Below are positions 32,501-40,951 of a DNA stretch of 64,000 bases, piece by piece. A program made the position numbers and the translations under genes. The DNA comes from Chloroflexota bacterium. GTDB taxonomy: Bacteria > Chloroflexota > Chloroflexia > QHBQ01. Within the stretch, counting starts at the first letter, position 1. The number at the start of each line of letters is the position of its first letter. The DNA is taken from positions 109,100 to 173,099 of the forward strand of contig JAYUUN010000128.1 in the NCBI GenBank assembly GCA_043754535.1, read 5' to 3'. The notes below the pieces were generated by a model. The model ran no database searches and was not told the DNA's origin. It saw only the letters and a list, made by a program, of their open reading frames with translations.

Positions 32501-32874
32501 TGGGCCTGGATCAGTTCTACCACCAATACCTGGACAAGTATATTGACCGCAGCAACCCGCAGGCGGTGGCCGAGCAGTTTACCAGCCACCCCCACAACCT
32601 GGTGTTGGATTATTGGCTGAGATTGGGTATAATAGGTCTGCTTATCGCTGGCTGGCTAGTCGTCAGTTTCTATCGCTTTGGCCTCTGGCTGCTGCGTTTG
32701 ACCCACGACGCGGGCAGCCGAGCGGTGCTGATCGCTATCCTCGCGGGGATGACCGACTTCCTGCTGCACGGCCTGATCGACCAGGCCTACTTCATCCCCG
32801 ACCTCGCCCTCATCTTCTGGCTGCTCTGCGCGGCGATGGAGGCAACCCGGCGGCTGGTAGTTAACGAGGAGTAG
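29545..32874 (+). CDS. Fusion of a clan GH-A glycoside hydrolase (GH5/GH39-like) and an O-antigen ligase/Wzy_C membrane domain
   Basis: WNEPN and WASEY catalytic motifs; C-terminal HPNNLA, TFSRGGW, R.YIW, HPIFGVG, HPHN. Confidence 0.85.
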   Translation: MPALPFRPTPSKGRRAILFALLGAILLASLAGVAYADNYLNRGVAWDDAPPMPYTSLNRMGINTSLQNEVEPTKIKRNLDLIREGGFKWIRQTFAWNDLEIDGKGDFSDRRNPQRVHSAWDKYDYIVQSAHLRDIEVIARLDSTPAWARVGSGQDTAKFLKGPPTNYEDYGDFVYTTVLKYRGQIKYFQLWNEPNLEGEWGGLKINPADFTRLLRIGYQRAKQANPDCVIVMPGLAPTDGLDYPINMNDMKFLQGMYDAGAKPYFDIASVMIYGFDDPPDSHRLEYRRINFARPILSREVMLRNGDERKPVWASEYAWLALDPTLDSQHTWPPSPQYNGKKTMWLDGVSEQQQADYLVAGFERARREWPWMGVMCVWKLRDPDAPPTEPATWFGIVRPDFSPRPAYFALQTYAANGGNGTLAGTGYHTAADPAIDYGDGWRREPNGDMIGDPAAEATISTLIDEFALDASPAAGLSMERKLLNNRQTITLKVGSAEVRLRGFSLVRQQPMLTQVGWTAAYLVAAGGLAFSSYALLPWLLWLVDSLGVVLLALPRLLLAGLRRRPRSQSSQQGASGMFKRMIYTLTRLLLPPSSINPAVAARYGGSPTGWRQRLASSELAVGIGLAASIALFYLPNTRAEYLSDINPWGLIFGALGIFCFGLARPALLLTAVVALIPLYNNANIATYTKFIGKYSFPIAEVLLLIAVLVVGLRGLAKLAFARFAPRSWQAMDAKATTVIPAIRTPFARLLLYLRADAFALFALAWLAVGVFSTIVVANPAYRGDSLRELRWTIIEPVVFYFLYIYVVRSQRTILRVFDGLVLAAAAVSLYGIYQLTFDVRTVAAGGLSRVVSVYLHPNNLALYLGRVLPLAAALALYLPRLQQTRRIFYAIACLPILAAITLTFSRGGWLGVAGALLLVALLGWRFVFRERIARRTMLGVGGGLALLAGGGLLFALLRVRDLSSIGLRVYIWEGAIKMLRDHPIFGVGLDQFYHQYLDKYIDRSNPQAVAEQFTSHPHNLVLDYWLRLGIIGLLIAGWLVVSFYRFGLWLLRLTHDAGSRAVLIAILAGMTDFLLHGLIDQAYFIPDLALIFWLLCAAMEATRRLVVNEE

Positions 32875-32927
32875 CCCCCTCAGCCCGGCTGGGGCAGAGG
32901 TTAACAGGTATATAGGGGAGGCAAACC

Positions 32928-33965
32928 ATGCGCGCAACCGTCTATCATGGCCCGCAAGATGTGCGGGTAGAGAACGTACCCGACCCCAAGATCGAGCAAC
33001 CAGGCGACGTAGTAATCCGCATTACCCACGCCTGCATCTGTGGTAGCGACCTCTGGTTCTATCGCGGAGTGAGCAAGCCACAACCCGGCACCCGCACCGG
33101 CCACGAATTGATGGGCATCGTCGAGCAGGTAGGGGCTGCGGTTCACAAGATCAAGAAGGGCGACCGCGTGATTGCTCCCTTCGTCATCTCCGATGGCACC
33201 TGCGAGTTCTGCCGTGCGGGGCTGTTCACCTCTTGCCTACATGGGCAGAGTTGGGGCGGTGACGGCAATGACGCGGGCCAGGGCGAGGCAGCGCGGGTGC
33301 CAATGGCTGATGGCACCCTGATCGTTGTTCCCGCCGAGGTGGGCGATGACCAAACCATGCTGAAGTCGCTGCTCCCCCTCACCGACGTGATGGGTACCGG
33401 CCACCACTGTGCGCTCTCTGCCGGGGTGCGGGCGGGCAGCACTGTCGCAGTGGTTGGCGATGGGGCGGTGGGTCTCTGCGGGGTATTGGCGGCCAGGCGG
33501 TTGGGGGCCGAACGCATCATCCTGCTCAGTAGCCGCGACGACCGCGCCGCTATTGGCCGCCAGTTCGGGGCGACCGACGTGGTAACGGGCAAGGGTGAGG
33601 AGGCGATCAACAAGCTGCTGGCGATGACCGACGGTGGCGCAGCAGCGGTGATGGAGTGCGTCGGTTCGCAGGAGACCTTTGATACCGCTGTCGCTATCGC
33701 CCGGCCCGGCGGCACAGTCGGTTATGTGGGTGTGCCAGCGGAGAAGCCGAGCATCAACATCGGACGGCTGTTCGGCGAGAATATCACCCTTCGCGGTGGG
33801 GTCGCCCCAGTGCGCGCCTACATCCCAGAGCTAATGGCCGACATCCTGGCGGGCAAGATCGACCCTGCTCCAGTGCTGACCATGACGGTAGACATCAACG
33901 GCGTGCCAGCGGGCTACGCCGCGATGGATCAACGCAAAGCAGTCAAGGTGATGATTCGGCCCTGA
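32928..33965 (+). CDS. Zn-dependent alcohol dehydrogenase (MDR family)
   Basis: CICGSD, GHE, CEFC..C, GDGAVG. Confidence 0.93.
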   Translation: MRATVYHGPQDVRVENVPDPKIEQPGDVVIRITHACICGSDLWFYRGVSKPQPGTRTGHELMGIVEQVGAAVHKIKKGDRVIAPFVISDGTCEFCRAGLFTSCLHGQSWGGDGNDAGQGEAARVPMADGTLIVVPAEVGDDQTMLKSLLPLTDVMGTGHHCALSAGVRAGSTVAVVGDGAVGLCGVLAARRLGAERIILLSSRDDRAAIGRQFGATDVVTGKGEEAINKLLAMTDGGAAAVMECVGSQETFDTAVAIARPGGTVGYVGVPAEKPSINIGRLFGENITLRGGVAPVRAYIPELMADILAGKIDPAPVLTMTVDINGVPAGYAAMDQRKAVKVMIRP

Positions 33966-34003
33966 ACAATTAGCTGCTAGTCAGCATCTGGAGGCTTTTA
34001 ACT

Positions 34004-34960
34004 TTGAAGACAATCGTGGTGGGGGGGGCGGGGTTCGTTGGTTCGCACCTAGCCGAGGCCCTGCTGGCGGCAGGTGATGAGGTGACGGTGATCGACAACC
34101 TGCTGACCGGGCGCGAGAACAACATCCGGGCGATGCTCGGCAACCCCAACTTCTGCTTTGTGCGCCGCGACGCGATTAGCCCACTGACGGAGAGCGAACT
34201 GGCGGAGTGGGGTGACAGCGACCGCCTCTACTATCTCGCCAGCCCCGCTGCCCCCGACGACTACTACACCTACCCGATTGAGACGCTGCTCGTCAACTCG
34301 GTTGGCACCTACAACTTCCTGCGCCTGGCCGAGGCGAGTGGGGCGCGCTTCCTGCTCACCTCCACCTCCGAGGCATATGGCGACCCGATGGTTCACCCGC
34401 AGGTAGAGAGTTACTGGGGCAACGTCAACCCGGTTGGCCCACGCAGTTGCTACGACGAGGGCAAGCGGTTCGCTGAGGCGATGACCACCACCTTCGTGCG
34501 CGAGGGCAAGGCCGATGCCCGCGTCGTCCGCATCTTCAACACCTATGGCCCACGCATGAAGATCAATGATGGTCGGGTCGTCCCCAACTTCATCTACCAG
34601 TCGCTCAAGGGCGAGCCGCTGACCATCTACGGTGATGGCAGCTACACCCGCTCCTTCTGCTATGTCAGCGACCTGGTGCGCGGCCTGCGGACGGTCATGG
34701 AGGGCGCACCAGAGCTTTGCAGCGGCGAAGTCTACAACCTGGGCAACCCCGACGAGTACACGATCAAGCAGTTTGCCGTAGAGATCATGAACGCTTGCGG
34801 GGTAGACCTGGCGATCAACTACGAGCCAACCCGCCCCGATGACCCTACCCGCCGCAAGCCCGACATCACCAAAGTGCAGACCCGCCTCGGCTGGCAGCCA
34901 ATGGTCTCGCTGGAAGCGGGCCTGGGCGAGACGATCCAGTGGTTCCGCGACCACCTTTGA
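34004..34960 (+). CDS. UDP-glucuronate decarboxylase (UDP-xylose synthase-like)
   Basis: GGAGFVG, TSTSEAYGDP, YWGNVNP.GPRSCYDEGKR, RIFNTYGPRM. Confidence 0.9.
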   Translation: MKTIVVGGAGFVGSHLAEALLAAGDEVTVIDNLLTGRENNIRAMLGNPNFCFVRRDAISPLTESELAEWGDSDRLYYLASPAAPDDYYTYPIETLLVNSVGTYNFLRLAEASGARFLLTSTSEAYGDPMVHPQVESYWGNVNPVGPRSCYDEGKRFAEAMTTTFVREGKADARVVRIFNTYGPRMKINDGRVVPNFIYQSLKGEPLTIYGDGSYTRSFCYVSDLVRGLRTVMEGAPELCSGEVYNLGNPDEYTIKQFAVEIMNACGVDLAINYEPTRPDDPTRRKPDITKVQTRLGWQPMVSLEAGLGETIQWFRDHL

Positions 34961-36564
34961 TGCAGAGCCGCACCGCCAGCCTGCCAGACCTTAGCACCTT
35001 CAGCCGCCCCACCGCCCTGACCGCGCTGCTCGTCGGTGCGCTCTGCTTCCTGCCCTTCAACTTCGCAGTGGGGGCGATAGCCGGGCTGTTTGGTGGGGTG
35101 CTGCTGATCGCACGTCCACGCGTGGCCTTCTACCTGCTAGTCCTTAGTGTGCCGATTCAGGATGCAGTTTCAGTCGGCGGTAGCATCACCGTCACCCAGC
35201 TAACCTTCGTCGCTACAGTTGGGGCGTGGTTGCTCTGGCGCATGGCGAACCGCGAACAGGTTACGCTAAAAACGCCGATCATGGGGGCGTACCTGCTGTT
35301 CCTCGCGGCGATCAGCGTCAGCGTCTTCAGCACCCACTCGCTGCTCCTTAGCCTGGCCGAGATTTCGCGTTGGTCGGTGACGATCCTCGCCTACCTGTTG
35401 GCGATCAACCTGATCCGCACCCGCCAGCAGATGAACATCCTGATCGCTGTGCTGCTAGCCAACTGCACGATGGAGGCCTTGTTGGGGGTTGGTCAGTCGT
35501 TCTTGCGAGCGGGGCCACTCAGCTTCCTGGTCAGCAACAGCGTGTTTCGCGCTTACGGCACGATTGGCGCGCCCAACTCCTACGCGGGCTACATCGATCA
35601 CGCCTTGCCGCTGGCGATCACCCTGGCGATCTACTGGCTGGCCGTCTGGCTAAGGCGACAGCGGGCCGTGCTGCTGGCCGAAGCCGCACCCTATCCACAA
35701 GCGGCAGCAGTCTGGCGGCAACTACAAAGCGGCCTACGCCGTTCCTTCGTGCTTGGTGCGCTGCTCAGCGTTGCAGCCGGGCTGATGGCCTTCGCGGTGA
35801 TCCTCAGCCTGTCGCGAGGGGCATGGGTTGGCCTCAGCCTCGGCCTGCTGGCGATGGTGGTCGCCCTCGGCAAGCGAGCGACGGGGCCGCTAGTCGTCTT
35901 TGGCGTGGCGGTCGTCTTCTTCCTGATCGCCCTCGGCTCTGGGGCGTTGCCAGCAGAGTTGGCCGACCGCATCCAGAGCATCACCGACAACGTGCGTATC
36001 TTTGACCCGCACGGCATCCGCCCCACCCCAGAGAGCTTTGCTATCGTCGAGCGCATGGCCCAGTGGTGGGCGGGTTGGGCTATGTACCAGGCCAACCCAC
36101 TGACGGGGGTGGGCATCGGCAACTACAGCTTCGTCTACACTCAGTTCAACGTAGCGGGCTGGAACATCAGCCCCGGCCACGCCCACAACTACTACCTGCA
36201 CATTGCGGCGGAGGCGGGGCTGGTTGGCTTCATCGCCTACATCGGCCTGCTGCTGACCATCCTCTGGCAGGCGATCCGCGCGGTGCGGGCCACCCGGCAG
36301 CACGGCTACTACCAGGCGATCAGCATCGGTGCATTGGGTATCCTCGTCACCTTCATGGGCCACAACTTCTTCGAGAACCTACACGTGCTAAATATGGGCA
36401 TTCAATGGAGTAGCGTACTGGCCCTGTTCTATCTTGTGCGCGTGCTGCCCAGCGAAGGCCCGTCGCTTGAGGGCGAAGCGGGCGGCAGCAAAGCGGAGGC
36501 GGGCGCAGAGAGCGGCTGGGGCTTTGGGCAACGCGAGTTGGCCCGAACGGAGGTGAGTAGATGA
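34960..36564 (+). CDS. O-antigen ligase / oligosaccharyltransferase family protein
   Basis: PNSYAG, LSRGAW, ER..W, NPLTGVGIGN, HAHNYYL; TGATG coupling. Confidence 0.88.
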   Translation: MQSRTASLPDLSTFSRPTALTALLVGALCFLPFNFAVGAIAGLFGGVLLIARPRVAFYLLVLSVPIQDAVSVGGSITVTQLTFVATVGAWLLWRMANREQVTLKTPIMGAYLLFLAAISVSVFSTHSLLLSLAEISRWSVTILAYLLAINLIRTRQQMNILIAVLLANCTMEALLGVGQSFLRAGPLSFLVSNSVFRAYGTIGAPNSYAGYIDHALPLAITLAIYWLAVWLRRQRAVLLAEAAPYPQAAAVWRQLQSGLRRSFVLGALLSVAAGLMAFAVILSLSRGAWVGLSLGLLAMVVALGKRATGPLVVFGVAVVFFLIALGSGALPAELADRIQSITDNVRIFDPHGIRPTPESFAIVERMAQWWAGWAMYQANPLTGVGIGNYSFVYTQFNVAGWNISPGHAHNYYLHIAAEAGLVGFIAYIGLLLTILWQAIRAVRATRQHGYYQAISIGALGILVTFMGHNFFENLHVLNMGIQWSSVLALFYLVRVLPSEGPSLEGEAGGSKAEAGAESGWGFGQRELARTEVSR

Positions 36565-37094
36565 GCAACACAATCAACAACCAGACGGCCCCTTTGCCCC
36601 CACACGTCACTGTGGGAGAGGTTACACCGCTGCGCCAGCCCCCGCTAGCGGACAGGCCGCTGCTGCGCGAGGTTAGCAAGGTGGATGCGGTAGGAGATGG
36701 GGGTAGTGCAACCAGTTCGGTGGCAGTAACAATGCTGGTTAGTGGCCTATTGAGCAGCCTCGTAGGTCTGGCCGCCTGGACAGGCTCTCTGTTCTTTAAT
36801 GGTATTATTTGCGCCAGGGCTAATAGTGCGGGTATTAAAAGGTTGTTGAACCTGCAAGTTAATGGGGTAGCAGGCTATACCTTTATCGTCATGGTGCCAC
36901 TTGCTTGTCTGCTGTACATCCTTGCGCTTTTCGCACAGTTGATCCACCAATCAGAGCATCGTACCAATCAGCCACAAAGAAAAAGCCAGATGGTTATTGT
37001 TGGTGCTGTAGCTGCACTCGCCTTTACTGTTGCTATGTTCGTGCTGATCCTTAACAATGATGACGCACATGGCTGGTCTGTTTGCAACTTCTAA
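36561..37094 (+). CDS. Hypothetical protein with three predicted TM segments
   Basis: GGAGG RBS and ATGA overlap; hydrophobic segments in an AT-richer 3' part. Confidence 0.6.
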   Translation: MSNTINNQTAPLPPHVTVGEVTPLRQPPLADRPLLREVSKVDAVGDGGSATSSVAVTMLVSGLLSSLVGLAAWTGSLFFNGIICARANSAGIKRLLNLQVNGVAGYTFIVMVPLACLLYILALFAQLIHQSEHRTNQPQRKSQMVIVGAVAALAFTVAMFVLILNNDDAHGWSVCNF

Positions 37095-37105
37095 CTGGAA
37101 AAAAC

Positions 37106-38071
37106 ATGAGTGAACAATCTACCATCCTCGTCACTGGCGCGGCGGGCTTTATCGGCTCCAACCTCTGCGCAACTCTCTTGCAACGCGGCGACCGCGTGGT
37201 TGGTGTGGACAACTTCATAGAAGCCTACTATCCTGCCGAACACAAGCGACTCAGCATCGCCCCTCTGCTCGCGCACCCCAACCTGCACTTCGTGGAGGGT
37301 GACTTCCGCGACGGCGCACTGATGCGGCAGCTCTTTGAGCAGCAGCGACCGACGCTAGTAGCCCACATTGGCGGCATGGCGGGGGTGCGCTACTCGATAG
37401 ATCATCCCTTCCTCTACGAGGAGATCAACATTCGCGGCACGATGGTGCTGCTCGAACTGGCCCGCGAGTTTGGCGTGGCGAACTTCGTCTACGCCTCCTC
37501 CTCCTCGGTTTACGGCAACAACCCGGTGCCATTTGATGAGGCGATGAACACCGACACGCCGATCTCCCCCTATGCCGCCAGCAAGAAGGCTGCTGAAGTG
37601 ATGGGCTACAGCTACCACGCCGTCTATGGCCTCAACTTCACCGCTCTGCGCTTCTTCACCGTCTACGGCCCGAACGGGCGGCCTGATATGGCAGTCGGCA
37701 ATTTCACCCGCCACATCAGCGCAGGCACGCCGCTAGTACTATATGGTGATGGCAGTGCGGGCCGCGACTACACTTACGTGGACGACAACATCGCGGGCGT
37801 GGTGGCTGCCCTGGACAGGCCGCTGGGCTACGAGATCATCAACCTCGGCAACTCGCAGCCAGAGAGTACGGCGCGCCTGATCGAACTGATCGAGCGGGCG
37901 GTCGGCAAGCGGGCGATCATTGACCGCCGCCCAATGCACCCCGCCGACGCGCTCAACACCTACGCCGACATCAGCAAAGCGCGGCGGCTTTTGGCCTACG
38001 AACCGAAAACACGACTGGAAGATGGGGTTAATCTGTTTGTAGAGTGGTATAATAAGCAGAACAATCGCTGA
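37106..38071 (+). CDS. NAD-dependent epimerase (UDP-glucuronate 4-epimerase-like)
   Basis: GAAGFIG, AGVRYS, YASSSSVYG, YAASK, RFFTVYGP.GRPDMA. Confidence 0.9.
   Translation: MSEQSTILVTGAAGFIGSNLCATLLQRGDRVVGVDNFIEAYYPAEHKRLSIAPLLAHPNLHFVEGDFRDGALMRQLFEQQRPTLVAHIGGMAGVRYSIDHPFLYEEINIRGTMVLLELAREFGVANFVYASSSSVYGNNPVPFDEAMNTDTPISPYAASKKAAEVMGYSYHAVYGLNFTALRFFTVYGPNGRPDMAVGNFTRHISAGTPLVLYGDGSAGRDYTYVDDNIAGVVAALDRPLGYEIINLGNSQPESTARLIELIERAVGKRAIIDRRPMHPADALNTYADISKARRLLAYEPKTRLEDGVNLFVEWYNKQNNR
38045..38053 (+). promoter_or_regulatory. Internal extended -10 (TGGTATAAT)
   Basis: Within the epimerase 3' end, upstream of 38123. Confidence 0.45.
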
Positions 38072-38122
38072 GTGATCACAATTTGGCGGTGAAAACAAAC
38101 GTCCCGGTCTTTTAGAAGGAGT

Positions 38123-39442
38123 TTGACGATCAAAAACGCGACTGATAAGCCAGGGGTGGGTGGGCGCAAAGCAAAGCGGGGCAGTTACGACAACCACCCG
38201 ACGGTAGAGCAACTACACGAGGCTATGACCAGGCTGCCCGCCGAGGAACAGGCCGAGTTGCTGGCCCTCGAAGTAGAAAGTCCCGATATCGCCCATGAGG
38301 TTGAGGAGTTGGAGGTGGAGGGGGAGAGTAGCTGGCTGCGCGGCCTGATCCTCAACCCTAAGACGCTGGTCTCCTTCCTGGCTGCCCTGATCATCCTCAT
38401 CTTCTTGTTCACGACCGTGTTCAAGAACCTCGACTTCGCCATGATCGGCAAGGAAATGGCGCAGGCCAACCTGCTCTACTTTGCCGCTGGCTTCGTCATC
38501 TACTACCTGGCCTTCATCGTTCGTGGCCTGCGCTGGCAAATCCTGCTGCGGAACGCTGGGGTGGAGACGCAGCCCATCACCGCCAGCGACAAAGTGGGGG
38601 GGGCGACCACAGTGGGCAGCACGCTAGTGGTGCCGAAGGAGGAGGGCAGGCTACCGCCCGTCCCTGCCTTGATCGAAGCCCTCTACCTCAGTTGGTTTGT
38701 CAACTGCATCGTCCCTGCCAAGTTGGGCGACGCATACCGCAGCTTCCTGATCAAGCGCGATTACAACGTCAGCTTCTCGCGCTCGCTCGGTACCATCCTG
38801 GCCGAACGCATCCTGGACATCCTGGTACTGTTCAGCCTGCTGCTAGTCTCTGGCCTGTTCATCGGCAGCCGCCTATTGGCCCAGAGCGGGCTGGTGATCG
38901 CAGGCGGTGCCGTGCTGGTGGTTGTCATCCTGATCGGCCTGGTAGTGATGGTACGTGCGCCCCAGGTGATCGCCCGCTTCCTGCCCAAACGCTTGCAAGA
39001 GTTGTTCATGCGCTTCCAGCATGGTATGGTGACGAGCTTCAGCCGCCGCTCCCTACCCCAGGTGCTGGCTCTGACCGGCATGGTCTGGCTGATGGAGGGC
39101 GGTCGCCTGTTCTTCATCACCCGCGCCATTGACGCACACGACAAGGATGGCAATGCCCTCTCGCTCTCACTGATCATCTTCCTTGCCCTCGCTAGCAGCC
39201 TGCTAACCACCTTGCCGATCACCCCCGCTGGTCTCGGCCTGGTGGAAGGGGTGATGGTCGGGGTTCTCAGCCAGGTGATTTACCCACTCACGCAGGCCCA
39301 GGCGCAGGCGGCAGCGATCACCTTCCTCGACCGCATCATCAACTATTGGAGCATCGTGCTGATCGGCCTGGTCGTCTACATCATCTCGACCGCCCGCCAT
39401 GGCCGCAGGCTGGTGGCGAAGAAGCAGGCAGGCCAGCAGTGA
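38123..39442 (+). CDS. LPG_synthase_TM (UPF0104) flippase-like membrane protein
   Basis: RGLRWQILL, NCIVPAKLGDAYR, ERILD, TPAGLGLVE. Confidence 0.88.
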   Translation: MTIKNATDKPGVGGRKAKRGSYDNHPTVEQLHEAMTRLPAEEQAELLALEVESPDIAHEVEELEVEGESSWLRGLILNPKTLVSFLAALIILIFLFTTVFKNLDFAMIGKEMAQANLLYFAAGFVIYYLAFIVRGLRWQILLRNAGVETQPITASDKVGGATTVGSTLVVPKEEGRLPPVPALIEALYLSWFVNCIVPAKLGDAYRSFLIKRDYNVSFSRSLGTILAERILDILVLFSLLLVSGLFIGSRLLAQSGLVIAGGAVLVVVILIGLVVMVRAPQVIARFLPKRLQELFMRFQHGMVTSFSRRSLPQVLALTGMVWLMEGGRLFFITRAIDAHDKDGNALSLSLIIFLALASSLLTTLPITPAGLGLVEGVMVGVLSQVIYPLTQAQAQAAAITFLDRIINYWSIVLIGLVVYIISTARHGRRLVAKKQAGQQ

Positions 39443-40734
39443 AGGTGGCGATAGATTACACGACCGCCGTCTGGCCGGGAGCGGGCATCAACCGCTACAC
39501 CGCCAGCCTGGTCGCGGCTCTGGCGAAGCTAGATCGCCAGAATGAGTACACCCTCTTTTACGGTGGTAGCCGCGAGGTGCCAAAGGATAGCGAACACTGG
39601 GAGGGGATGCAGGACATCCTGATTTCGCACCCCAACTTCACCCAGGTGCCGACCCCCCTCTCGCTGAAGATGACCCTGCGCTGGCAACGGTTCGCCCCCC
39701 GCTTTTGGCCGTTGGAACGCTTCACCGGGCCGGTTGATCTGCTGCACGCCCCCGATTTCGTCGCCCCCGCCAGTCGTGCGCCGCAAGTGATTACCGTTCA
39801 CGACCTCAGCTTCCTGACTGTGCCAGAATGCGCCGAGGAGGGGCTACGCAAGTACCTGACCGCCACCATGCCACGCAGCGTACAGCGGGCCGACCACATC
39901 ATCGCGGTCTCCCAGTCTACCAAGAGCGACCTGATCCGCCTGCTCAATGTAGCCGAGGAGAAGATCACGGTGATCTACGAGGGGGTTGACAGCCGCTTCC
40001 ACCCAACCAGCCTGCTGAAGGCCCAGCGGGAGCGCGTAGGACTGCCCGACACGCCCTACATCCTCGCCCTCAGCCGCCTAGAGCCGCGTAAGAACTTCGT
40101 GCGCCTGATCGCAGCCTTCGGTCAACTTGTGGCAGAGGGCTACCCCCACGCGCTGGTTTTTGGCGGGCGGCGCGGCTGGAAGTACGAGCCGATCATCGCT
40201 GCCGCCGCTGCGCTGAACGCAAAGCACGGCCAGCGGGTCTACTTCCTCGACCACGTGAACGAGCGTGACCTCCCCTCGGTCTACGCCGGGGCTGCTGCCT
40301 GTGCCTACCCCAGCCTGTACGAGGGTTTCGGCCTGCCGCCGCTGGAGGCTCTAGCCTGTGGCACCCCCGTGCTAGCCAGCAACGTCAGCAGTCTGCCAGA
40401 GGTGCTGGGCGACGCAGCCCTGTTGGTTGCGCCAGAGGACGTAGATGCGATAGCGAACGGCCTGCGCCAGTTGCTCGACGACGAGGGTCTGCGGGCTAGC
40501 CTGCGGGAAAAGGGGCTGGCGCGAGCGCAGCAGCTTAGCTGGCAGCAGTCGGCACAAGCGGTGCTAACTTTGTACCAGCGGTACGACCGACAGGCAACCG
40601 CGCCTAGCGACAACGTACTCGTTTTAGCCTCGCGTCCCGGCCAACAGTTCTTTGCAAGAGAGGTTAAGCCAGCTTATGGACGAACGCGAAGCTACCAACC
40701 CGCTCCCTGCCAAACCAGCCGCCCCAACCAGTAG
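39439..40734 (+). CDS. GT4 family glycosyltransferase
   Basis: GTG start overlapping the previous stop; TVHDL, EPRKN, YEGFGLPPLEA; 3' end uncertain. Confidence 0.92.
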   Translation: MKVAIDYTTAVWPGAGINRYTASLVAALAKLDRQNEYTLFYGGSREVPKDSEHWEGMQDILISHPNFTQVPTPLSLKMTLRWQRFAPRFWPLERFTGPVDLLHAPDFVAPASRAPQVITVHDLSFLTVPECAEEGLRKYLTATMPRSVQRADHIIAVSQSTKSDLIRLLNVAEEKITVIYEGVDSRFHPTSLLKAQRERVGLPDTPYILALSRLEPRKNFVRLIAAFGQLVAEGYPHALVFGGRRGWKYEPIIAAAAALNAKHGQRVYFLDHVNERDLPSVYAGAAACAYPSLYEGFGLPPLEALACGTPVLASNVSSLPEVLGDAALLVAPEDVDAIANGLRQLLDDEGLRASLREKGLARAQQLSWQQSAQAVLTLYQRYDRQATAPSDNVLVLASRPGQQFFAREVKPAYGRTRSYQPAPCQTSRPNQ

Positions 40735-40951
40735 CCTCACCCCGCTCGACCTTGAGGCGGTGTTTGGCAGCGCAGTTGAGTTGCCTGAACCAGGGGAGTA
40801 TGTGGAGAGGAGCGACCCACTGGCTGACCCAGTGGTGAAGGCGCGGGTGCAGCGGCAGCAGAGGCTATTCATCATCATCGGCAGCAGCCTGATCGTCAGC
40901 ATCATCCTGATGGCAATCATCATCTTTGTCTTGCTGGCAGTGGTCAAGTAG
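40676..40951 (+). CDS. Small C-terminally membrane-anchored hypothetical protein
   Basis: GAGG RBS; strongly hydrophobic C-terminus; abuts the flippase start. Confidence 0.6.
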   Translation: MDEREATNPLPAKPAAPTSSLTPLDLEAVFGSAVELPEPGEYVERSDPLADPVVKARVQRQQRLFIIIGSSLIVSIILMAIIIFVLLAVVK

